Source: Fidelibacterota bacterium
Lineage (GTDB): Bacteria; Fidelibacterota; Marinisomatia; Marinisomatales; TCS55
DNA: 64,000 bases
NCBI GenBank assembly: GCA_045569015.1
Contig: JBJKZX010000002.1
Coordinates: 301,962-365,961 of the forward strand
Direction of reading: 5' to 3'
Made by a program: the position numbers and the translations under genes. Positions 9,776 to 19,314 of this stretch are shown one piece after another (position 1 is the first letter of the stretch; each line of letters starts with the position of its first letter). The notes under the pieces were generated by a model. It ran no database searches. It was not told the DNA's origin and was given only the letters and a program-made list of their open reading frames with translations.

Positions 9776-10785
9776 TTTTTTATTCGTCTATTGATATGGC
9801 GAAAAAAATACTCATCAACTGCAATAGTGAATGCCTGAGCAAATTGCGACCAGGTGCTAACACTTTGACGTATACCTGGCTTGGGAGCTTCAATCTGAAT
9901 TGCGCTAATTGTTCCACCACCTCTTGAGCCGTGTCTAGCAGTGTTATAACCTCCAGAAAAATAACGAGACCCCATAGGCCCAGGATCATTCGTGCTCGGG
10001 ACAGATTTATAGCTTAAGCTATCTAATAATGCGCCAAAGCTATTTTTACCGCGCAAGACTTGGATAAAGTCAAACCTTGAAGTGTCTACTAAAGCCCTAA
10101 TACTTGTTTTATTGGCGTTTTCTCTTGTGTTAAGGACTGTATCAGCCTGATCCAGCACATCGCCAGGAACAAGGTACCCTAACCACGTTCTAAGATCATA
10201 AAAACCGTCTGGATTTACGCCGTGACCATGCATATCAAAGAAAAGACCGCTACTACCATCCGCTTCTATTTTATTTTTTGCAGTATTAATGTAATGGTGG
10301 TATTCTTGCCATGCGCGAATAGCATACCTATTACCCTGAGCAGCCTCTATACTGTCTCGATTCGCATCCAACTTTGTTCGTTTTAATCTGCACAGAATTA
10401 CATGCGGGGTTCCGCCAAAACGAATCTTCATGGTATCCATAACGACTTTTGTCAATTCGTATGTATTGTCATCTGTAACCGTAGTCCCGTACGTTCTATC
10501 AGGAATCTCATTAGGTGTGAGACGTCCTCCGTGGGGAGCTGATAAAATTATTGGAATATCTCCAGGATAATATTCAATATAGCTTTCACGCCCATAATAA
10601 ACAGAACCAACCTCGTATGGACCATCATGCCCTAGCTGTGGAAATACCTCAGGCTCAACTATGATTGGTGGCGTTGGGGTTGAAACCTCTTCAGCGCCCG
10701 TAGATTCTTCGCAACCTGAGATTGAAAAAGCTATGAATACCAACCATGGAGTGATCAGTTTTTTAAATATAGCTAATAAGTTCAT
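9772..10785 (-). CDS. N-formylglutamate amidohydrolase (FGase)-family-like lipoprotein
   Basis: 337 aa with lipobox SISGC. Motifs SAPHGG, LDANRD and FDMHGHG resemble the FGase metal-binding pattern. Family assignment is tentative. Its ATG overlaps the DASS transporter stop (ATGA). Confidence 0.5.
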   Translation of the reverse strand: MNLLAIFKKLITPWLVFIAFSISGCEESTGAEEVSTPTPPIIVEPEVFPQLGHDGPYEVGSVYYGRESYIEYYPGDIPIILSAPHGGRLTPNEIPDRTYGTTVTDDNTYELTKVVMDTMKIRFGGTPHVILCRLKRTKLDANRDSIEAAQGNRYAIRAWQEYHHYINTAKNKIEADGSSGLFFDMHGHGVNPDGFYDLRTWLGYLVPGDVLDQADTVLNTRENANKTSIRALVDTSRFDFIQVLRGKNSFGALLDSLSYKSVPSTNDPGPMGSRYFSGGYNTARHGSRGGGTISAIQIEAPKPGIRQSVSTWSQFAQAFTIAVDEYFFRHINRRIKN

Positions 10786-12122
10786 ACGAGAAACGATACC
10801 AGAATAAACACTACACCAATGGAAAAAATGTTGAGTATCATACCAGTTTTAAGCATTTGCTTTTGTTCTATATAACCTGTACCGTAGACCAATGCATTTG
10901 GAGGGGTAGCAATCGGTAGCATGAATGCGCAATTTGCTGCAAGGCCAATACCGAAAACCATTGCATAGGCAAATGCAGGGCTAAATTGATCTGATAGTGC
11001 AAACATGACCGGGACCAGAATAGCAGCAGAACCTGTATTAGATGATATTTCTGTTAAAAATACCATCATCGCTATAGATGTCATGAGAATAACCCATAAT
11101 GGAGCAGCGCTAATAGCATTAAAAATTGATGATGCTATCCATTCTGTTGTACCGGTTGTAGCTAAAACCGCAGAAAGACAAAGTCCTCCTCCAAAAATTA
11201 CCAAAATACCCCACCCTATTTTTTTCTCCAACTCTTTCCAACTTAAGAGACCAAAGGCAGGCGCTAAAGCTGTAATTAAAATTGCAATCATATGATCAAA
11301 TTTTTTCAAACCAAGATAGCTAGATATCTGACTAGAAAGTATCCAGCAAGTGACGGTGAATAAAAACAGTGCAATCGTGCCCTTTGCTGAAGGTGTCCAT
11401 CTAAAATTGCTGCTATCCACTCGATTAACATAGGCGTCGCTTTCAGGTTTTATTACATACCAAAGAGCAATAACAACCAAAGGAAACATTAATACCATTG
11501 TTGGGAAGCCTATCTTAAACCAATCAAAAAAACTTATATTTAATGCAGCTGCAGCAATTGCATTTGGTGGTGAGCCAACAACCGTACCATTGCCCCCAAT
11601 ATTGGCAGCATATGCTGTACCTAAAATCAACATAGTTCTCATTCGAGGAAACTTTTTATCAATTAATGACACTGCTATGGGAACCATCATCGCGGTCGTT
11701 GCGGTGTTGCTTATAAACATTGATAATAAACTAGTAATGGAATAAAATCCTATGACTGAGAGCCACAAGCTTCCTCTAGCAAGCCTAATTACCCGCTCAG
11801 CAAGCCACAGATCTATACCGTGCTTATTTAAAAGAGCAGCTAAAGTAAATCCACCCATAAATAAGAAAATAATTGTGTTGGAGAATGGCGCCATCGCAGC
11901 GACCGGGGAAAGAATTTTAAAAAAATATGCAAGAACGGGGACGAGCAAAGCTGTTACTGGAAGTGGTATTATTTCTGACATCCATAACCCAGCACACACC
12001 ATTAAGATAAACAAGCCATCTTGTATTGAACCAGTCTCGACAATTGATGAGCTAAATATATAGCTAGCTACTATCCAGCCCGATATTATAAATAATTTTC
12101 TTAAAAGCGGTAAATCAGCCAT
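10782..12122 (-). CDS. DASS/SLC13-family Na+-coupled di/tricarboxylate or sulfate symporter
   Basis: 446 aa and polytopic. It contains the hallmark SNTATTAMMVPIA and a second hairpin motif SSNTGSAAILVPV. Confidence 0.85.
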   Translation of the reverse strand: MADLPLLRKLFIISGWIVASYIFSSSIVETGSIQDGLFILMVCAGLWMSEIIPLPVTALLVPVLAYFFKILSPVAAMAPFSNTIIFLFMGGFTLAALLNKHGIDLWLAERVIRLARGSLWLSVIGFYSITSLLSMFISNTATTAMMVPIAVSLIDKKFPRMRTMLILGTAYAANIGGNGTVVGSPPNAIAAAALNISFFDWFKIGFPTMVLMFPLVVIALWYVIKPESDAYVNRVDSSNFRWTPSAKGTIALFLFTVTCWILSSQISSYLGLKKFDHMIAILITALAPAFGLLSWKELEKKIGWGILVIFGGGLCLSAVLATTGTTEWIASSIFNAISAAPLWVILMTSIAMMVFLTEISSNTGSAAILVPVMFALSDQFSPAFAYAMVFGIGLAANCAFMLPIATPPNALVYGTGYIEQKQMLKTGMILNIFSIGVVFILVSFLV

Positions 12123-12160
12123 AGTTTATAATTTGATAGGATTTAATATTAAAGAAAGTA

Positions 12161-12192
12161 AAAAGCCCCCACTAAAAAGTGGAGGCTTTTTT
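12161..12192 (-). terminator. Rho-independent terminator downstream of susD-like gene
   Basis: AAAAGCCCCCAC-TAAAAA-GTGGAGGCTTTTTT forms a GC-rich 8-bp stem with one mismatch. A T-run follows on the minus strand, in the 95-bp gap after the SusD stop. Confidence 0.6.
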
Positions 12193-12217
12193 ATAAACAA
12201 TTAACAAATACGATTTA

Positions 12218-13675
12218 TTATCTATTTACAGCGGTTTTAAAATATAGACCTGGATCTTCATCAACGGTAGAGTTAGACGTAATCTCATCCTGCGCCCACG
12301 GTAACCTTTCTACATGTTTTGTAGCAGATTGTGTATTTAAAGGAAATGGCGGTATAAGGTTAGTTTCTCCAGCGCCTCTAAGTCTACGATGGTCGTTAAA
12401 AGGCATATATGTACCAAAACCAGACACATATCGCTCTTCAATAATTTCTCTTAACAATGCTTGATCTTTTGTTAATCCATCGGAGTTCTCCATTCCACCA
12501 TTAACAAAATCAGCTTCAACGTACGCATCGTATTTATATTTAGTAGCATCACTATGGTTGGCATTTAATCTGCCACCTGCTGCTAACCATGTTCTGTATG
12601 AATTTAATGCGCTTAGTCCAGATGAAAAACCGGATGTTCTTGCAGAAGCCTCAGCTTTAATTAACTGGTTTTCCGTATAAGTAACCATTGGCTGGGGTTC
12701 AAACTGCTCAACAACGCCAGTATTTCCACTAGCAGAATTTTCATCAATTGAATAGTAGCCATAGCGTGCTTGTTCGTTGGTTTTTGCATTCCCACGATAA
12801 CTTGCATGCGCAGGATCCAGTATGTCAATCAAATAACTTCTGTTGCCAGCTTTTGCATTACCTAAATCGCCAGTTCGTGATCCATTTAGAATTTCCCAAT
12901 ATAGATTCTTATCGCCATTTGGGGTCGCAACATCACCTCTTGGAATGTACATCATATCACCAGCGGAAGAAGATATGCCTGTTCCGGCATTTGATAATGC
13001 AGAAGCATAATCTTTTTTAATTAAAGCAATTCTTGCTTTCAAAGTATATGCTGCAGCAATCCATTTATCTTTATCTCCACCATAATAGATATCGTAGGCT
13101 TCAGATCTGCTTGTTGCGCCAGTCAGAGTTGTAATTGCTTCAGATAGCAACGTAGAACATCCATCAAGAACAGTTTTCTGGTCATCGAATTTAGGTGCTT
13201 CGTTAGCTGTAACTACTTCTGAAAAGGGAACGTCGCCAGTTAAAATTGCAAGTGAACTTATTGCATGTGCTTCCAGCACTTGAGTTATTCCAACAAGAAG
13301 CTTATCGTCTGGTGCGCTGGCCTGAATATGTCTTGTATTGGCAACGACACCAATATAAGCTCTATTCCATTCGCCGTTCGACTCGACTGTTGATAGAGAA
13401 TAACCGTAGATATTAGAATATAGTGAGGTATATCCAATTAGCTGCCCAGAAAACATTCCAGATATTCTATTTAAATGGCTTACTTGAACAATTACATTTG
13501 CAAGTTGCGCTCCATTTAAAAATAGATTTGCATCAACATCTGTCACTGTAATCTCATTTGGGTTGTCATTTAAATCAGCAGGGATTTCACATGAAATAAT
13601 TACAAGTGAAACTGCTAATAAAGAAATTTTTGAAATCTTCTTCATAATCTTTAATCCTTTTAATTGTGTTTTCAT
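12218..13675 (-). CDS. susD: SusD/RagB-family nutrient-binding outer-membrane lipoprotein
   Basis: 485 aa with lipobox IISC. It lies directly downstream of the SusC-like gene and has TPR-like helical content typical of SusD-like_2/3. The start may be the internal MKKISK at 13645. Confidence 0.8.
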   Translation of the reverse strand: MKTQLKGLKIMKKISKISLLAVSLVIISCEIPADLNDNPNEITVTDVDANLFLNGAQLANVIVQVSHLNRISGMFSGQLIGYTSLYSNIYGYSLSTVESNGEWNRAYIGVVANTRHIQASAPDDKLLVGITQVLEAHAISSLAILTGDVPFSEVVTANEAPKFDDQKTVLDGCSTLLSEAITTLTGATSRSEAYDIYYGGDKDKWIAAAYTLKARIALIKKDYASALSNAGTGISSSAGDMMYIPRGDVATPNGDKNLYWEILNGSRTGDLGNAKAGNRSYLIDILDPAHASYRGNAKTNEQARYGYYSIDENSASGNTGVVEQFEPQPMVTYTENQLIKAEASARTSGFSSGLSALNSYRTWLAAGGRLNANHSDATKYKYDAYVEADFVNGGMENSDGLTKDQALLREIIEERYVSGFGTYMPFNDHRRLRGAGETNLIPPFPLNTQSATKHVERLPWAQDEITSNSTVDEDPGLYFKTAVNR

Positions 13676-13690
13676 TGTCTCACCCTCCTT

Positions 13691-16600
13691 TTAAAAGTTT
13701 GCCGTTAATGAGAAAAGATAAGATTTTGTACTTGGATTTGTAAAGTAATCCAAACCAAAACCACTCGAAACACCGCTTTGATTGACTGAGGGGTCTATGC
13801 CAACGAGCTCTTTATAATCAGCCCAGAGATTTCTACCTGTCCATCTTAAAGTAACAGAATTCAATCCCATTGCGCTTATCGCTGGATGCACGACATCATA
13901 TGCAACTGAAAGCTCTCTTAGGCGAGAGAATGTTGCATCTTTGACACCAAAGTTATAGGCTTGGTTATCACCAAATCCACCGCCAATTCCATGCCGATAC
14001 CATGCTTCATCGAGCAGAACTTCTCCACCGCCAAAATCATGAATACGTCCTCTAACTACAGATCCAGCTGCAACTGTATTTCCATCGTAGTTTACCATAT
14101 CCTCACCTAGAGTAACCTCATTAGCGGTTTCTGCTGTCGTACCAAATCTTCTTAACACCCATTGAGTTCGCGGAGAATAATCTCCACCTTGCGAATGCTC
14201 AAAAAGAACATTGACAGATACACCGTTCATCTTACCATTAATACCGAATGTTCCTCTCCAATCTGGGTTGGGATCGCCAAGAATCACTGGAAGTGAGGTA
14301 ATTTGAGGGAAGCCGTTGGCGTCTAAAATAAGCTTTCCATCATCGTCGGTCTGTGAACCAGTACCGTATAATGCACCAAGTGGCTGCGCTGTACCATTAA
14401 ATGAAGGATCGACTGCAACAGAACTAACTGAACCACCTACAAGAGTTAAGACATCGGTTCCTTCAGTTAGTTTTAGTACTTTATTCTTATTCGTTGCCCA
14501 ATTAAATGTGAAATCAACCATTTGATTTAACTTGAACGATCCATCAAGCTCAAGGCCTTTATTTTCCATCTCAGCTGCATTGGCATATTGTGTATCCGAC
14601 CCTGTGCTTGGTGCCTTAGAGACACTAATTAACATATCCACAATTTTGTTGGAATAGCTTGTGAGTCCAAAAGCAAATCTGTCATCTAGCATTCTAAAGT
14701 CAAAACCAAATTCGGTCTCTGTTTTTACTTCTGGTTTTAAATTTTCATTTCCTTTATCATCATCCACTCTATATCCACCACCAAACAATGCAACGTCCAC
14801 CGGGTCACTGTAAGAGCTGTACCCAAAACCAGATTCAGCAAGTGTTTGAAAGCGGTGAGCTGCAGGTCTAACTCCCACCTGACCCCAAGCAAAACGGGCT
14901 TTAGCAAATGAAAATGGAGCGGGAACATAATCAGTCAACTGAAGCGCTATATCCATCGCAGGATAGAAGTATGACTTACTTATGGTTGAATGATCTTCGA
15001 GCGCTCCTGATAGATTTACGAATATTTGATCAATTGCATCTATAGAAAGAAGGCCATATGCTCTTGTTGATCGGATAAATAAACGTCCATTATCAACAGT
15101 AGAATTTTCCGCAGCAGTATTAACATTGACAGTTTGCTTTTCTGTATTAACTAAAAAGCCTGTAATATTATAAGACGTTCTACTGTAGGTTCGGTCGTTC
15201 CAATTGTATCCTAAGGTTGCAACCATATTCAAGTCACTACCCAATCCAAAATTGTGGCGTCCAATTAAATCGTAATTTGTTTCTTTGTTCGTTATTACGT
15301 CCTGCGCAAAAACGCCTGTATTACGACTTCCTGCAGAACCAATAGGGAAAAACCAATCTCTATTATCTGTATAGGTGTCAATACCTGCTCTCAAAACAAC
15401 ATCGGTTCCTTCTCGAGGTGAATAATTCATTTCGTTGGACATAATTAAGCGATTAATGCCTGTAGTAGACTTTTGTTCTTTAATCGTCCAAATAGGATTA
15501 TTGTAAATAGGATTTGTGCTAGAACCTCCCAAGTATCTTCTGTAAGCACGGTGACGATCTCTGTATTCTGTTCCGCCACTTACATAGGTACCTTTATAAT
15601 GTGTATTATCAAAATCAGGAGCCGTTCGTAATAAGCCTAAAAGTAAACCAGCGGTATTTGAGCTTTGCTGAATTCGATTCGAATTACTATACGTGTAGCC
15701 AGCCTTAGAGGTCATAGTAATATTATCAGATAGTTTAAATTTTGTATTTAATCTAAAATTATCTCTATCATAAAAAGAGTCGCGAATAATACCAGTTTGA
15801 CGAAGTCTTCCGTAACTAAATAGATATGTTTTGGTTGCATCCCCACCTGAAACCTGGAAATCGTCCTGAGTAAACCTTCCCGTTTGGAAAACTGCATCCC
15901 AATTTTTATCAACATAGGTTTCTTTAGAGTTCTTTTCTGTGATCGTGTATTGCGTAAAAGTTCCATCCTCTGAAACAAAATAAGGCTTACTGGTATCAAC
16001 AACATCAGCTCCGCCGGTTCTTTCAGAAATTTTATCACCCCAAGACTCAGCTTGAGTACCCCATGACCCACTTCTACCTTGACCAAAAGTATCTTGCATT
16101 GGGATACGCTCATGAACTTCATCAAAAGATTCTGTGCGCTTGTAAGACATCTTCATTCCACCAGCAGAGGAACCATCTTTTGTTTTAATAACAACAACAC
16201 CGTTCGCAGCTCTAGATCCCCATAATGCTGCCGCAGAAGCGCCTTTTAAAACCTCGACAGATGCAATATCGTTAGCATTGATGTCATTTATTCTCGATTG
16301 CTGAGTAGAACCACCGGTTCTTCCACCAGTTATATTATTACCTCCACCATATGTTGTGGAGTTATTAATCGGCATTCCATCAACTATTATTAGCGGTTGA
16401 TTTGTACCAGAAATTGTATTTGCTCCTCGAATTTTAATTGAGGTAGAAGCACCTGGGTCCCCAGCCGAAGGATTCACAATTACGTTGGAAGCTTTAGCTG
16501 CCAAAGAATTTGCCACAAGCGACTCACCAGAACGATTCATGTCACCTGAATTAATTGATGAACTTGTAGATCCCTGCTTATCGCGATTAGCCTCAAAGCC

Positions 16601-16951
16601 CAAAGCCGTAACACTAATTGCTTGTAAACCAATCGCATCAACCTCTAAAGAAAAATTTTGTGTAACTGAACCGCTTTGAGGTATATCGACGTTTGCACTT
16701 TGACTCTTATAACCAATATAGGACACCTCAAGAGTAACGGTTTGACCTTCAACCGTACCGGATGGAATAATAATTTGATATGAGCCCTCAGCGTCAGATG
16801 CAGCACCAACTGATGTACCGCTAACTACAACGTTAGCGCCAGCCAACGGGTCACCGTTTTGATCAGAGACAGTTCCTTGCACTGAAGTTTGTGCATTTAA
16901 AAATCCAAATAAAAATGGGATAATAAATGAAATTCGAAGATTTTTCATCAT
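13691..16951 (-). CDS. susC: SusC/RagA-family TonB-linked outer-membrane transporter
   Basis: 1086 aa. It has an N-terminal carboxypeptidase-regulatory-like domain (VQGTVSDQNGDPLAGANVVVSGT), a plug region (IKIRGANTISG...PLIIVDGMP) and a C-terminal beta-barrel ending in F. Confidence 0.9.
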   Translation of the reverse strand: MMKNLRISFIIPFLFGFLNAQTSVQGTVSDQNGDPLAGANVVVSGTSVGAASDAEGSYQIIIPSGTVEGQTVTLEVSYIGYKSQSANVDIPQSGSVTQNFSLEVDAIGLQAISVTALGFEANRDKQGSTSSSINSGDMNRSGESLVANSLAAKASNVIVNPSAGDPGASTSIKIRGANTISGTNQPLIIVDGMPINNSTTYGGGNNITGGRTGGSTQQSRINDINANDIASVEVLKGASAAALWGSRAANGVVVIKTKDGSSAGGMKMSYKRTESFDEVHERIPMQDTFGQGRSGSWGTQAESWGDKISERTGGADVVDTSKPYFVSEDGTFTQYTITEKNSKETYVDKNWDAVFQTGRFTQDDFQVSGGDATKTYLFSYGRLRQTGIIRDSFYDRDNFRLNTKFKLSDNITMTSKAGYTYSNSNRIQQSSNTAGLLLGLLRTAPDFDNTHYKGTYVSGGTEYRDRHRAYRRYLGGSSTNPIYNNPIWTIKEQKSTTGINRLIMSNEMNYSPREGTDVVLRAGIDTYTDNRDWFFPIGSAGSRNTGVFAQDVITNKETNYDLIGRHNFGLGSDLNMVATLGYNWNDRTYSRTSYNITGFLVNTEKQTVNVNTAAENSTVDNGRLFIRSTRAYGLLSIDAIDQIFVNLSGALEDHSTISKSYFYPAMDIALQLTDYVPAPFSFAKARFAWGQVGVRPAAHRFQTLAESGFGYSSYSDPVDVALFGGGYRVDDDKGNENLKPEVKTETEFGFDFRMLDDRFAFGLTSYSNKIVDMLISVSKAPSTGSDTQYANAAEMENKGLELDGSFKLNQMVDFTFNWATNKNKVLKLTEGTDVLTLVGGSVSSVAVDPSFNGTAQPLGALYGTGSQTDDDGKLILDANGFPQITSLPVILGDPNPDWRGTFGINGKMNGVSVNVLFEHSQGGDYSPRTQWVLRRFGTTAETANEVTLGEDMVNYDGNTVAAGSVVRGRIHDFGGGEVLLDEAWYRHGIGGGFGDNQAYNFGVKDATFSRLRELSVAYDVVHPAISAMGLNSVTLRWTGRNLWADYKELVGIDPSVNQSGVSSGFGLDYFTNPSTKSYLFSLTANF

Positions 16952-17045
16952 GTTTACTCCTGCGTGTTTTTATCTGTTAAAGATTATGTAATAAATATTT
17001 AACAATAATTCTATACAATATAGTAAAGAGAAAGGCTTAGGTGCT

Positions 17046-17077
17046 AAAAAAAACGACCACATACGAAATGCGTAGTC
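17046..17077 (-). terminator. Putative terminator after nhaC
   Basis: On the minus strand GACTACGCATTTCGTATGTGGTC forms an imperfect hairpin followed by T8. The stem is weak. Confidence 0.4.
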
Positions 17078-17098
17078 ATGCAGTATTAAATAGAAGGG

Positions 17099-18541
17099 CT
17101 AAATTTTTTCAATTTTAAAATTAAAAAGTGCATAGCAAATCGCTACAAGAGGATTAATTAAATTAAAAAAACAAAACGGTAGATAACTAAAAGTTGCAAT
17201 GCCTAAGGAAGCAGCCATAAAAGCACCGCAAGTATTCCAAGGAACAAGTGGGGATGTCATGGTTGCTGAGTCTTCAAGTGTCCGCGATAAGTTTTTGGGA
17301 GCAAGTTTACGCCTTTTAAATTCAGCTTTAAACATTCTACCTGGCAATACAATTGCCATATATTGATCTGCGGTTACAATATTAATTCCTATGCATGTAC
17401 CAATAGTTGTAATTATAAGAGATGATGTTGATTTAGCGAAAGACAAAAGGACTTTTACTAAAGTATTTAAAAGTTTTGTTGTTTCTAAAACAGCTCCAAA
17501 AGTTAACGCGCTTATAACAAGCCATACTGTATTTAACATACTAGACATTCCACCGCGGGATAATAAATCATCAACTACCGCTACACCGCTTTCTATGGAA
17601 AAACCTGAATGAAGAGCTGTCCACACTCCAGATATACTAATCAAAAATCCTGGCAAATCTGACTGTCCTACAAAATTACTAACTACCTGAGGTTGCAGAA
17701 CTATAGCAAAGGCTCCTCCGATAAGAGCTCCGATAAGAACGGTTGGAAATGCTGGCATTTTTTTAAATGCCATTACAAAAACTATAATTAAAGGTATAAA
17801 CGATAATGCAGAAATATTAAAATTATTTATAATTGTAGACTGAATGAGCTCTAAGCCTTCTAGGTTCTGGGTATCTGACGCATTAAAACCCATAAAAAGA
17901 AATATACAGAGAGCGATCAATAAGCTTGGTCCGGTTGTCCATATCATATGATTTATATGGGTAAATAGATCGGTACCGGCAACCGCAGGTGCAAGATTTG
18001 TTGTATCTGATAGTGGAGACATTTTATCTCCAAAATAAGCGCCCGAAATAACAGCTCCAGCAGTAACCTCTGGTGAAAGACCTAAACCAGCAGCTATACC
18101 CATCAAAGCTGCTCCCAGAGTGCCAGCAACAGTCCACGAACTTCCAATGCTCAGGGCTGATAATGCACAAATTATACACGCTGCGAAATAAAAAATTGAT
18201 GGAGAAAGAATATTTAAACCGTAATAAATCATTGCAGGAACCAATCCAGACATAATCCAAGTTCCAATCATTGCCCCTACTGCAAGGAGTATGAGAATCG
18301 CCCCCATCGCTGTTGAAATACCTTTAATAATACCTGATTCAATCTCTTTCCAATCGTATCCATTTTTTATTCCTATGACGGATGCAATGCCAGCGCAGAC
18401 AATTAAGGCTATTTGATTACCACCATACGAAGAATCGTCTCCGTATATATAAACAGACGCAGAAAGCATGACTATAAGGCATAAGATTGGAAGCAGTGCT
18501 TCAATCAGTGAAGGAGTTTTTTTTGCAGCTCTTAATGCCAT
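17099..18541 (-). CDS. nhaC: NhaC-family Na+/H+ antiporter
   Basis: 480 aa with about 12 TM segments. The overall pattern is characteristic of NhaC (GYDWKEIE, SGAYFGDKMSPLSDTTNLA). Confidence 0.85.
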   Translation of the reverse strand: MALRAAKKTPSLIEALLPILCLIVMLSASVYIYGDDSSYGGNQIALIVCAGIASVIGIKNGYDWKEIESGIIKGISTAMGAILILLAVGAMIGTWIMSGLVPAMIYYGLNILSPSIFYFAACIICALSALSIGSSWTVAGTLGAALMGIAAGLGLSPEVTAGAVISGAYFGDKMSPLSDTTNLAPAVAGTDLFTHINHMIWTTGPSLLIALCIFLFMGFNASDTQNLEGLELIQSTIINNFNISALSFIPLIIVFVMAFKKMPAFPTVLIGALIGGAFAIVLQPQVVSNFVGQSDLPGFLISISGVWTALHSGFSIESGVAVVDDLLSRGGMSSMLNTVWLVISALTFGAVLETTKLLNTLVKVLLSFAKSTSSLIITTIGTCIGINIVTADQYMAIVLPGRMFKAEFKRRKLAPKNLSRTLEDSATMTSPLVPWNTCGAFMAASLGIATFSYLPFCFFNLINPLVAICYALFNFKIEKI

Positions 18542-18542
18542 C

Positions 18543-19313
18543 TTATCTAAAATCGGGTTTTCTTTTTTCTACAAAAGCAGATAAGCCTTCTTTTGTTTCA
18601 TCAGTTGAAAACAATTCACTAAACCTAGTTACTTCCATAGCAAGTCCCGACTCAAGGTCTAAACCAATACTGTCGTTAATACATTTGAGAGATTGCGCAA
18701 TCGCATTTGGTCCATTTTGTAATATTTCAGATGACACTTCTTGGCATTTATTAAGTAATTCAGGTAAAGCAACTACGTGATTAACAAGACCGATTCTATA
18801 CGCTTCTTTAGCATTAATCATTCTTCCTGTAGTTATCATTTCATTGGCAAGCCCGTAACCAATTATTCTAGGAAGCCTTTGCGTACCACCCCATCCTGGT
18901 AGTATGCCTAAAGATACCTCTGGTTGAGAAAATTTAGCATTATCGCTTGCAATTCGCATATGACAAGCAAGACTAATTTCACACCCACCTCCTAAAGCAA
19001 AACCATTGACCGCAGCAATTACAGGTTTGGGAGAATCTTCAATTATTTTTGTAAGTATTTGTCCTTTTTTTCCAAATTCTAAAGCTGAAGACTGATTCAT
19101 CGCTTGCATTGCCTTAATATCGGCTCCTGCTATAAATGATTTCTCTCCGGTTCCTGTGAGGATTATTACCCCTACTCTGTCGTTCTGAATCATTTCTTTG
19201 AAAGCAATAGTCAATTCGCCGATTACTTTTTCATTCAATGCATTTAACGCTTCTGGTCGATCAATTGTTATTGTTGCGATATGCTCTTCAATATTTTGTA
19301 AAATATATTTCAT
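18543..19313 (-). CDS. Enoyl-CoA hydratase/isomerase (crotonase) family protein
   Basis: 256 aa with ITIDRPEALNAL, FIAGADI, AAVNGFALGGGCE and PEVSLGILPGWGGTQRL, the classical crotonase oxyanion-hole motifs. Confidence 0.9.
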   Translation of the reverse strand: MKYILQNIEEHIATITIDRPEALNALNEKVIGELTIAFKEMIQNDRVGVIILTGTGEKSFIAGADIKAMQAMNQSSALEFGKKGQILTKIIEDSPKPVIAAVNGFALGGGCEISLACHMRIASDNAKFSQPEVSLGILPGWGGTQRLPRIIGYGLANEMITTGRMINAKEAYRIGLVNHVVALPELLNKCQEVSSEILQNGPNAIAQSLKCINDSIGLDLESGLAMEVTRFSELFSTDETKEGLSAFVEKRKPDFR

Positions 19314-19314
19314 G

